A stretch of 10,422 nucleotides of DNA from an uncultured Haloferula sp. (GCA_965652295.1 CBFGTS010000028.1:1-10422); one strand, 5' to 3'; shown: positions 1 through 7,352, counted from the stretch's first letter. Numbers and translations: made by a program. Notes: generated by a model not told the origin, from the letters alone.

Positions 1-1604
1 TCGGTGTGCAGCGCGAGCTGTTGATCCTCGGGCAGGCCGGCGAGGAAAGTGTTGACGGAGGCGGGGGACTCGGGGTCGGGCCTGCCGGTCAGGATCGCCT
101 GCAGGATGGTGACGCCGTCCAGATGCGAAGCCAGCTCGTGGATCGATTCGAATTGCTCGCCCAGCCAATCGCGCACGGCGGTCGAACCCAGCGCCAGCGA
201 ACACAAGGTCCCGATCCGGCGGTCGAGCGCGGCGGGTCGGGCGACCTGCGGGCTCTCTTCCGGCCGGCCGCCCTGCTGGTTACGCCGCTGGGGGAAACGG
301 GCCGCCTTTTTCGCCTGCACGACCGCCGCCTGCACGTCGGGCGCGCCGATCCGCAGGCGGGTGGCGAGGTGCTGGACGAGTGCCTCGCGGGAGACGTCGT
401 CGCGGATCATCGCGAGGTGACCGGCGCATTCCTCGATGAAGCGGGCCTTCTCGATCGGGTCGCCGAGGTTTGAACTTGCCGCGGCCAACTCCAACTTGAA
501 ATCCAGAAAGCTGCCCGCTTTTTCCAACAACCCGCGGAAGGCCTCGATGCCGTGCTGGCGGATGAAGGAGTCCGGGTCCTCGCCCTTCGGCATCGCCACG
601 ACCTTCACCGCCAGGCCCTCGGAGGCGAGTGCCTTGAACGCGCTTTCCGCCGCCTTGTTTCCCGCGGTGTCCGAGTCGTAGCAAAGGATCGCGGTCTTCG
701 TGTAGCGACGCAGCGTCCGCGCGTGGGGCTCGGGAAAGGCGGTGCCGAGCGGCGCGATGGCGTTCGGAATCCCGCGCTCCTGGCAGACGATCGCATCGAT
801 CTGGCCCTCGCAGATCAGCACCGATTTCTCGTCGAGGATCCCTTTGCGCGCCTTGTCGAGACCGAACAGGACGTTGGATTTCTTGAACAACCGCGTTTCG
901 GGTGTGTTGACGTATTTTCCCTCCCGCGCGTTCTCCTCAAGCTGCCGACCGGAGAAGCCGATGACGTCACCGTAGTCGTTGGAGATCGGGAACATCAGCC
1001 GGTTGCGAAAATAGAAATAGGCACTGCCGCGCTCCGACATTTTCAGGATGCCGGCATCGGCCAGATCGCGACCGCGCAGGCCTTCGGCTTTCGCCCACGC
1101 CACGAACATCTCCTTCGGTGGAGCCCAGCCGATTTTCCAGCGTTCCGCCGTTTCCCGGGTGAAATCGCGGCTCTTCAGGTAGTCCCGCGCATGCCGGGCC
1201 TCGGGCGTATTCAAGAGCAGCTCGTGGTAGTAGGCGGTGAGCTTACGGTGCAGGTCGAGCAACTGCCCGCGCCTCCGCCGGTCCGCCTCCTCCTTCGGGT
1301 CGAGCTCCTGCTCCACCACCGCGATGCCCGCCCGCTCGCCGAGTTTGCGAACTGCGTCGCCGAAGGGCAGGCCCTCGTATTCGCGGACGAAACTGATCGC
1401 ATCGCCGCTCTTCTTGCAGCCGAAGCAGTGGAAGAACTGCTTCGCCGGATCGATCGAAAACGACGGCGTCTTCTCGTTATGAAACGGGCACAGCGCCTGG
1501 AACCGCGTGCCCGCCCGCCGCACCGGAATGTACGAGCCGATCAAGTCCACGATGTCGGTCGCGGTCAGGATCTGCTCGACGGTTTCCCGGGGAATCTGGG
1601 GCAC
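1..1604 (-). CDS. dnaG: DNA primase, 3'-truncated by the window edge
   Basis: Manual minus-strand translation from GTG at 1604: MPQIPRETVEQILTATDIVDLIGSYIPVRRAGTRFQALCPFHNEKTPSF...FHCFGC (CHC2 zinc finger), FRNRLMFPI, KYVNTPET, TOPRIM motifs ICEGQID and CYDSDTAG, GEDPD. The frame stays open to base 1, so the ORF track omits it. Confidence 0.97.
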   Translation of the reverse strand, partial: MPQIPRETVEQILTATDIVDLIGSYIPVRRAGTRFQALCPFHNEKTPSFSIDPAKQFFHCFGCKKSGDAISFVREYEGLPFGDAVRKLGERAGIAVVEQELDPKEEADRRRRGQLLDLHRKLTAYYHELLLNTPEARHARDYLKSRDFTRETAERWKIGWAPPKEMFVAWAKAEGLRGRDLADAGILKMSERGSAYFYFRNRLMFPISNDYGDVIGFSGRQLEENAREGKYVNTPETRLFKKSNVLFGLDKARKGILDEKSVLICEGQIDAIVCQERGIPNAIAPLGTAFPEPHARTLRRYTKTAILCYDSDTAGNKAAESAFKALASEGLAVKVVAMPKGEDPDSFIRQHGIEAFRGLLEKAGSFLDFKLELAAASSNLGDPIEKARFIEECAGHLAMIRDDVSREALVQHLATRLRIGAPDVQAAVVQAKKAARFPQRRNQQGGRPEESPQVARPAALDRRIGTLCSLALGSTAVRDWLGEQFESIHELASHLDGVTILQAILTGRPDPESPASVNTFLAGLPEDQQLALHT

Positions 1605-1672
1605 CCGACAGGTGTAAGACGGCGCGCGGAAAGGCCAAGCAGCAAACTCGCGGACGAAGGGGCCGTGGCTTT

Positions 1673-1727
1673 GGATCGCGAGCTTCAGCTCGCCCGACAA
1701 GGCCTTGCGGGCGGAAGCTCGCGTTCC
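1673..1727. repeat. REP-like inverted doublet of two 21-bp palindromic units
   Basis: GGATCGCGAGCTTCAGCTCGC (1673-1693; internal hairpin GCGAGCT-TC-AGCTCGC) and an inverted copy at 1707-1727 (reverse complement GGAACGCGAGCTTCCGCCCGC, 18/21 identical), with the palindrome CAAGGCCTTG between them. Confidence 0.65.
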
Positions 1728-1743
1728 GGTTTTGCGGTATCCG

Positions 1744-4116
1744 TCACTCCAGCTGCCGCAGCCGGTAGTATTTTCTCCCGCCCGGGGCGGGGGAGGGGTC
1801 GCACCACAGCAGGCGGCGTGATTCGGCGAAGACCGGCGCACAGGCGGGCTCCCAGTCGACAAGGTCCGCGGAAACCTCGACCTGATACGTGCCGCCCGCC
1901 TCGGTGGCGAAATGGAGCGCCGGCCCCTCGTCCCGCATTTCCATCAGCACCGGGGGAGCCTCCGCGGCGGGTTCCGGCAGGTTGGCATCGGAGGGCACGG
2001 AGAGCGTGATCCGTGGGAGCAGCAGCAGATCCCTCCGGCCCGCGAGGTACTGCAAGGTCACCACCTGATAGTCCCCCGGCTCGATCGGGCCGGCCACCTC
2101 GATGAAGCCATCACCCGAGCCGTTGTGGAGCCACGCGTCGCCCGGCAGGCCATCGATTTCCAAGCGGAAGCCCGAAAGCGTCCACGGCGTCGTGTTGTGG
2201 ACGAGCAGGAATTGGAAGTAGAGGCCGGTGGTCTCGTCGTAGGTCACCCCGGTTTCCATGCCGATGAACACGTCGTCATTTTCGAGTTGGTATTCGAATG
2301 CCCCGGCGTCCGGTGCCGGGCCGACGTTTCTCCTGAAAGGCTCACCGCGCTGGTCGTAGGCGGGCGCGTCCTCGCGGAGATCGATGCCCAGATCGAGCGC
2401 CGGACTCGAAGGTAGGATCGGGATCGTGCGCGTAAAGCCACCGTGGTAGCCCGAGGTGCCGGGCAGAATGGCCCCGCTCGCGATCCGGCTCGCGGGGTGG
2501 AGGAGGAGAGGCGGAGAAAAGGGAGTGAACAGGTTGCCGCCCCGGTCGGCGCCGGCACCCACAAGCGTCAGCCTCCTCTTGCCGTCGAACAGGTTGTTCT
2601 CCAGCCCGGCGAAGCCGCTCACGAAATCACCGCCGGCGTCCCCGGTGAAAGTGCAGTGGCGGACGAGCACGGCTTCCCTTGAAGCGAACGACATCAAGAC
2701 GTCGGTGCCGCCGTTGCCGTCGAAGGTGCAGTTCTCGATCACGGGGGGACGACCGCTGGAACAGGTCACTCCAGAGAGTTGATTTTGTGAAAAGTAGCAG
2801 TTTCGGATCCGGGCGGGAATGCCGAGGGTGTAGGCCGAGACGGCGGTTCCGTTGTCGATGAACTCGCAGTTCTCGACGATCAGCTGGCCGTTGTGCCGGA
2901 GGGTTTCGATGGCGGTATGCGAGTTCTCGAAAACGAGCCGCCGGAATTCAAAACGCGAATCGTTGGGGAGTCGGGAGTAAACGGTCCCGCGGAAAAGCCG
3001 GGAGTCGTCTCCGTTCAAAGTGATTCTTCCCGGTGATGCGGGACCCTCGAAGCTCATGCTGGATCGCAGGGAAAAAGGCGCATCCGAGCCCGCCAGATGA
3101 AGCGTGATCGGACGGGTGGCGAAGGGCACGCCCTCCTCTTCCGTGAAGCCGATCCGGTCGTGCCCGGGGATCAGTTCGGCATTGGAAACCGCCAGACTCA
3201 GCGAGCCCTCGCCCATGGGTTCGGTTCGGGACACCACTGTGTCGTTCCGTGGGATCACGATCCGTACCGCGGGTTGGGCGAGATTTCCGGCACGGAGAAG
3301 AAGGCTCTCCTGCTCCTCGGCATGCTGGTCGTCGATGATCGCAATCTGGATCGGGACAGCGCGTTCTCCCTCGGGCACGATGACGTCGACCGCGTTGTAG
3401 AGTGACGTCTTTTGGACGGGTAGCGCGATGCCGCCCATCCTCACCTCCCAGTCCGCGCCCATGGCTCCACCGCCCTCCGGCGTGGAAAGGTAGAGCCGGG
3501 TGGATGAAAGCGTCTCGTCGAAAGCATGCACCTCGATGGACAGGGAGCTTCCCTCGGCCACCCGCAGCGCCGTCGGGCTGAAACCAAGAGGGGAGACTTG
3601 GGAGTGGGTGGTCGTGCCATGAAGCACCGGCACGGCGATGTCACTGCCCTCCACCCGCACCGCGAGCAGGTTTCCCGTCGGCTGCAGCAGGGAAGCGCTG
3701 TGGCTGAGATCGTAGTGCCGGAAGCCATCCATGTCCGGCAGGGGAACCTCGGAAGCCTCCAAGGAGAGGACTTGCGAGCCGTTCAACCAGGCCTCCACGC
3801 CGGCCGCCCCTTGTTTCAGCGAAAGGGTCAGCGTCTCCGGGATCACCGTCGCGTCGAAGCGATAGCGGAGATTGCTCGTTGAGAACGAAAGCAGGGTCGA
3901 GACCTCCTCGAAACGCTCACGGGGCCCGAACCCCGAAGGGCCCGTGTTCCAGGAGAGGGTCGCTCCAGGTTCGAACCAATCGTCAGGCGTGACGTTGGTG
4001 CCCAGGAAATACTCCGCCGGATCGCCATCGCTCACGAAAACCACGGTGGTCGCAGCGGGTTGGGCGGGAAGAATCTGGATCGCGACCAACCAGGAAATCA
4101 GGGAGAGCGGTTTCAT
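1744..4116 (-). CDS. Secreted multidomain protein (790 aa): signal peptide, beta-sandwich, Calx-beta-like domain, right-handed beta-helix, choice-of-anchor Q-like segment, C-terminal beta domains
   Basis: Long ORF with N-terminal MKPLSLISWLVAIQILPAQPA; Calx-beta-like GFSPTALRVAEG...IAIIDDQHAEEQESLLL; beta-helix repeats IVENCEFIDN / IRNCYFSQN / IENCTFDGN / VRHCTFTGD; GGFTRTIPILPSSPALDLG...YDQRG..R..GPAPDAGAFE; ends GGTYQVEVSADLVDW...KYYRL. The CDS is secure; domain labels are by eye. Confidence 0.8.
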   Translation of the reverse strand: MKPLSLISWLVAIQILPAQPAATTVVFVSDGDPAEYFLGTNVTPDDWFEPGATLSWNTGPSGFGPRERFEEVSTLLSFSTSNLRYRFDATVIPETLTLSLKQGAAGVEAWLNGSQVLSLEASEVPLPDMDGFRHYDLSHSASLLQPTGNLLAVRVEGSDIAVPVLHGTTTHSQVSPLGFSPTALRVAEGSSLSIEVHAFDETLSSTRLYLSTPEGGGAMGADWEVRMGGIALPVQKTSLYNAVDVIVPEGERAVPIQIAIIDDQHAEEQESLLLRAGNLAQPAVRIVIPRNDTVVSRTEPMGEGSLSLAVSNAELIPGHDRIGFTEEEGVPFATRPITLHLAGSDAPFSLRSSMSFEGPASPGRITLNGDDSRLFRGTVYSRLPNDSRFEFRRLVFENSHTAIETLRHNGQLIVENCEFIDNGTAVSAYTLGIPARIRNCYFSQNQLSGVTCSSGRPPVIENCTFDGNGGTDVLMSFASREAVLVRHCTFTGDAGGDFVSGFAGLENNLFDGKRRLTLVGAGADRGGNLFTPFSPPLLLHPASRIASGAILPGTSGYHGGFTRTIPILPSSPALDLGIDLREDAPAYDQRGEPFRRNVGPAPDAGAFEYQLENDDVFIGMETGVTYDETTGLYFQFLLVHNTTPWTLSGFRLEIDGLPGDAWLHNGSGDGFIEVAGPIEPGDYQVVTLQYLAGRRDLLLLPRITLSVPSDANLPEPAAEAPPVLMEMRDEGPALHFATEAGGTYQVEVSADLVDWEPACAPVFAESRRLLWCDPSPAPGGRKYYRLRQLE

Positions 4117-4349
4117 GATCCCGGCTTCTAGTGAATCTTCGTATCAAATGTAAATACAAAAGATGGTCACCGGCCATGCATGATGGCTGCTTTCGAGGTC
4201 CAGAAGGCTTTCCGGCCCGTGGTGAGTCCGCCCGTTTTTGCTGATTCTCGCCTCAGCGCTCGGAAACCCGCACAACGCCCGGAATTTCAAGCTGCCGCGC
4301 CATCTTCCCTCTCGCCAAACCGACCGTCCTCCGCTCCGTTGACGTCGCC

Positions 4350-5408
4350 ATGGCCATCAACGTCGAACTCCTCGCCCGCATCTGCAAAGCCCCCGGCGCC
4401 CCCGGTTTCGAAAAGGAAATCCGCAAGCTCGTTCTCGCCGAACTCAAGGGCCTCGCCGACGAGGTCCGCACCGACAACATGGGCAACGTCGTCGCGCTCA
4501 AGAAAGGCCGCTCGTCCGAAAAACCCGTCATGGCCGCCGCCCACATGGACGAGATCGGCTTCATCGTCACCCACATCGATGACAAAGGTTTCCTCCGTTT
4601 CAACCCCGTCGGCGGCTTCGATCCCAAGACCCTCACCTCCCAGCGCGTCCTCATCCACGGCAAAAAGGACGTCCTCGGCGTGCTTGGCACCAAGCCCGTC
4701 CACCTCATGTCGCCCGAGGAAAAGGGCAAGAATCTCAAGATCTCCGATTACTTCATCGATACCGGACTGCCGAAAAAAGAGGTCGAAAAGCTCATCGCCG
4801 TCGGCGACTCCGTCACCCGCTTCATCGAGCTGAACGAACTCGGCGACTGCGTCACCTGCAAGTCCCTCGACAACCGCGTCTCCGTCTTCGTCCTCATCGA
4901 GGCGCTCCGCGCCATGAAAAAAGCGAAATCCAAGCCCCCCTACGACTTCTACGCCGCCTTCACCGTCCAGGAGGAAGTCGGCCTGCGCGGTGCCCATGTC
5001 GCTGCCATGGAGGTGAAACCCACCTTCGGCTTCGGGCTCGATACCACCATCGCCTACGACGTCCCCGGCTCCCAGCCGCAGGAACGCTGCACCACCCTCG
5101 GCGGCGGGGCGGGCATCAAGCTCATGGATTCCTCCGTGATCTGCGATTACCGCATGATCGCCTTCATGAAAGAGGTCGCGAAGCGCAACAAGATCGCCTG
5201 GCAGCCCGAGATTCTCTCCGGTGGCGGCACTGATACCGCCGGCCTCCAGCGCATGGTCCCCGGCGGCTCCATCGCCGGTGCCGTTTCCGTGCCCACCCGC
5301 CACATCCACCAGTCCATCGAGTCCTGCTCCAAGGCCGACATCCAGTCCTGCATCGACCTCCTCGCCGCCTGCGTCTGCGAGCTCGACCAAGGCGACTGGA
5401 ATTTCTGA
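4350..5408 (+). CDS. M42 family metallopeptidase (TET/FrvX-like aminopeptidase), 352 aa
   Basis: Motifs PGAPGFE, DNMGN, AAHMDEIG, GGFDP, LDNR, QEEVGLRGA, GGGTD, PTRHIH; strong C-ending codon bias. Confidence 0.95.
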   Translation: MAINVELLARICKAPGAPGFEKEIRKLVLAELKGLADEVRTDNMGNVVALKKGRSSEKPVMAAAHMDEIGFIVTHIDDKGFLRFNPVGGFDPKTLTSQRVLIHGKKDVLGVLGTKPVHLMSPEEKGKNLKISDYFIDTGLPKKEVEKLIAVGDSVTRFIELNELGDCVTCKSLDNRVSVFVLIEALRAMKKAKSKPPYDFYAAFTVQEEVGLRGAHVAAMEVKPTFGFGLDTTIAYDVPGSQPQERCTTLGGGAGIKLMDSSVICDYRMIAFMKEVAKRNKIAWQPEILSGGGTDTAGLQRMVPGGSIAGAVSVPTRHIHQSIESCSKADIQSCIDLLAACVCELDQGDWNF

Positions 5409-5466
5409 TCCCCAGCTGCTGCCCTCGGGTGATCCTGTGTCCACCCTGGCGGCCCGGGGCTCCTAC

Positions 5467-5601
5467 CAGTGGCATGACCGTCCCGGTCATGAACGAGGTT
5501 GCGATGAACCCACTGTTGTAGAGAGAGTTGCGTAGGTGGCAGGGCTGCCTCCCTTCATGACCGAGACCACCGACAGGTCGGGGCGCGTGATCATGCCACT
5601 G
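5467..5601. repeat. GTGG-tagged REP-like inverted doublet, right unit interrupted by a 21-bp insert
   Basis: Left unit 5467-5493 is CA-GTGG-CATGACCG-TCC-CGGTCATG-AA (perfect 8-bp stem). The right unit, 5554-5567 plus 5589-5601, is its reverse complement at 25/27 positions, split by the insert at 5568-5588. Confidence 0.7.
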
Positions 5602-6019
5602 ACAGGCCTGCGGAGCTTTGAGGCCGGATCGCGACCCCAGTGAGGTCCGCCCTTCCGTCATTGGAACGGAGTAAAATTTTACCCCCCAGCCGCTTCAACC
5701 TGCTCCTCCCTTCCGCGTCCTCCACCACATCTCTGTGGCTCAGGGATTTAAAGAAAAAGGGTCAGTTTTCCGAGGCCCCTTTCGTCAGCAGGGCGCGATT
5801 CCCGGCTCCCCCGACAGCCCCGAACTCCCCACAATCCCCTTCCACGACCCGGAAGTTTTTAAAATCGCAGGAGCCGACCCCTCCGCCCCTGCCGGCCGAA
5901 AAAAAACCCGCCGCCTATCTTGGGCCTTCCGCCGTTTCCTTCCTCCGTCCCTATCCCTTGAAACTCCGCGATTCCCGATTTCCGGAGCCTCAAGTCAAGC
6001 CGGACTTCCCGAAATGATT

Positions 6020-6035
6020 CTACCACATGTAGTGG
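6020..6035. promoter_or_regulatory. NrdR box 1
   Basis: CTACCACATGTAGTGG fits the NrdR consensus acaCwAtATaTwGtg in its core and lies upstream of an RNR operon. Confidence 0.75.
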
Positions 6036-6044
6036 TGTGAATAA
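6036..6044 (-). promoter_or_regulatory. DnaA box (consensus)
   Basis: TGTGAATAA is the reverse complement of TTATTCACA, a full match to TTWTNCACA. Confidence 0.6.
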
Positions 6045-6046
6045 TT

Positions 6047-6055
6047 TGTGGATAC
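6047..6055 (-). promoter_or_regulatory. DnaA box (1 mismatch)
   Basis: TGTGGATAC is the reverse complement of GTATCCACA, 8/9 to TTATCCACA; same orientation as, and 11 bp from, the first box. Confidence 0.5.
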
Positions 6056-6067
6056 CATATGAGCAAA
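6052..6067. promoter_or_regulatory. NrdR box 2 (degenerate)
   Basis: ATACCATATGAGCAAA: left half matches, right half is poor. It starts 32 bp after box 1, the usual tandem NrdR spacing of about 31-32 bp. Confidence 0.45.
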
Positions 6068-6074
6068 ATCCGAC

Positions 6075-6104
6075 TTGTCCCGCGGGCACGATCTGAGGCA
6101 GACT
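6075..6104 (+). promoter_or_regulatory. Candidate sigma70 promoter for nrdB
   Basis: TTGTCC-18 bp-CAGACT directly downstream of the NrdR/DnaA cluster; both hexamers are imperfect. Confidence 0.3.
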
Positions 6105-6205
6105 CCCCCTCGCTGCGTTCGTGTCGTCTGACCCGGCCCGGACCGCCGCTTCGCACCCGAATTTACGACCTCCTTACGACTTCCGTTCTTCATTTCCCAC
6201 CCACC

Positions 6206-7294
6206 ATGGCTGCCACCACTACGATCACCGTCGGAACCCGCACTTTCGTCCTCGACAAGGACAAGGCCGAGCAGGCCTTCGCCGCCAAGAAGGTCATCAA
6301 CGGCAAGGACACGATGTTCTTCAACATCCTCCCGCTCAAATACCAGTGGGCGTACGACCTCTACAAGACGATGAAGAACAACCATTGGGAGCCCGAGGAC
6401 ATCCCGATGCAGAAGGACGTCGAACAGTGGCGCTCCGACGAGATTTCCGACGTCGAGCGGTGGATCATCAAAATGGGCATCGGCTACTTTTCCGCCGCCG
6501 AGGGGATCGTCGGCGACAACATCCTCCACGTCGTCCGCGAGCTGGTCACCGCCCCCGAGCTCAAGCTCGTCCTCGGCCGCCACGCCCACGAGGAGAACAT
6601 CCACGCCGACAGCCTCGTTTACATGCTCTCGTCGATCGGCCTCAATCCGCACGAATGCGAGGCGATGTTCGAGGACATCGACACCATCAAGGCCAAGAAC
6701 CACTACGTCGTCAGCAACTCCCGCGCCCTGCGCCGCGACGTCGATCTCACCGACACCGGCAACAAGCAGGCGCTCGCCAAGAACATCTTCCTCTTCGGCC
6801 AGTGCATGGAGGGCACCCAGTTCTATGGCCTGTTCGGCATGATCCTCAGCCTTTACCGCCAGAACAAGTTTCCCGGCATCGGCCAGATGTTCCGCTACAC
6901 CCTGCGGGATGAAAGCAACCACATCGAGCTGCTGCGTAACCTCCTCATGGACCTCGTCGATGAGAACCCCGACATCTGGACCGAGGACTTCCGCGAGGAT
7001 CTCCGCCAGACCATGGCCGAGGGCATCCGTCTCGAAAAGGAGTTCATCCGCGATTGCCTCCCCGCCGCCGGCATCGGCCTCAACGCCGAGGACTTCGAGC
7101 AGTACATCGACTACATTGCCAACCGCCGCCTCGAGTCCTGCGGCCTCAAACCCCTCAAGGAAGACGTGAGCAACCCCTTCCCCTGGCTCGCCGAAATGAT
7201 GGACATCAAGAAAGAGCAGAACTTCTTCGAAGGCCGGGTGACCGAATATCAGAAAGCGTCCGCACTCGGTGATGTTGATGATGATGATTTGTAA
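6206..7294 (+). CDS. nrdB: Ribonucleoside-diphosphate reductase beta subunit (362 aa), Chlamydia-like, predicted class Ic (R2c)
   Basis: NHWEPEDI, FSAAEGIV, EENIH, MEGTQFY, RDESNH, YIANRRL, NPFPW, NFFEGRVTEYQ. Start set at ATG 6206, where the C-ending codon bias begins, rather than the track's 6059. Confidence 0.96.
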   Translation: MAATTTITVGTRTFVLDKDKAEQAFAAKKVINGKDTMFFNILPLKYQWAYDLYKTMKNNHWEPEDIPMQKDVEQWRSDEISDVERWIIKMGIGYFSAAEGIVGDNILHVVRELVTAPELKLVLGRHAHEENIHADSLVYMLSSIGLNPHECEAMFEDIDTIKAKNHYVVSNSRALRRDVDLTDTGNKQALAKNIFLFGQCMEGTQFYGLFGMILSLYRQNKFPGIGQMFRYTLRDESNHIELLRNLLMDLVDENPDIWTEDFREDLRQTMAEGIRLEKEFIRDCLPAAGIGLNAEDFEQYIDYIANRRLESCGLKPLKEDVSNPFPWLAEMMDIKKEQNFFEGRVTEYQKASALGDVDDDDL

Positions 7295-7314
7295 CCCTCC
7301 GAACTGATCGGCCC

Positions 7315-7352
7315 GAAGTTTGCTAGTTTTCAGTGTTCAGTTTTCAGGAAGA
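7315..7352 (+). repeat. Left 38-bp inverted-repeat arm made of heptamers
   Basis: GA-AGTTTGCT-AGTTTTC-AGTGTTC-AGTTTTC-AGGAAGA; exact reverse complement of 7859-7896. Confidence 0.97.

Noticed and set aside
1707..1734. Intrinsic terminator
   Set aside because: The short T-run is on the + strand while both flanking genes are on the minus strand; treated as a REP-like repeat instead.
6..2009. Plus-strand ORFs 6..473 and 552..2009 (485 aa)
   Set aside because: In-register antisense shadows of dnaG; no family motifs.
4287..5444. Minus-strand 385-aa ORF
   Set aside because: Antisense mirror of the M42 gene caused by strong codon bias.
6036..6055. Replication origin suggested by the DnaA boxes and nearby dnaG
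   Set aside because: Only two boxes, no extended AT-rich unwinding element and no dnaA/dnaN context; better explained as nrd promoter sites.
5640..6089. Short ORFs in the intergenic region (125, 101 and 76 aa)
   Set aside because: Low-complexity translations without the host codon bias; two of them overlap the regulatory boxes.
6059..6205. 49-aa N-terminal extension of NrdB in the ORF track
   Set aside because: Overlaps NrdR box 2 and the candidate promoter; composition is not coding-like. ATG 6206 is preferred.
6020..6922. Minus-strand 300-aa ORF and plus-strand 6121..6912 ORF
   Set aside because: Shadow and alternate frames of nrdB.
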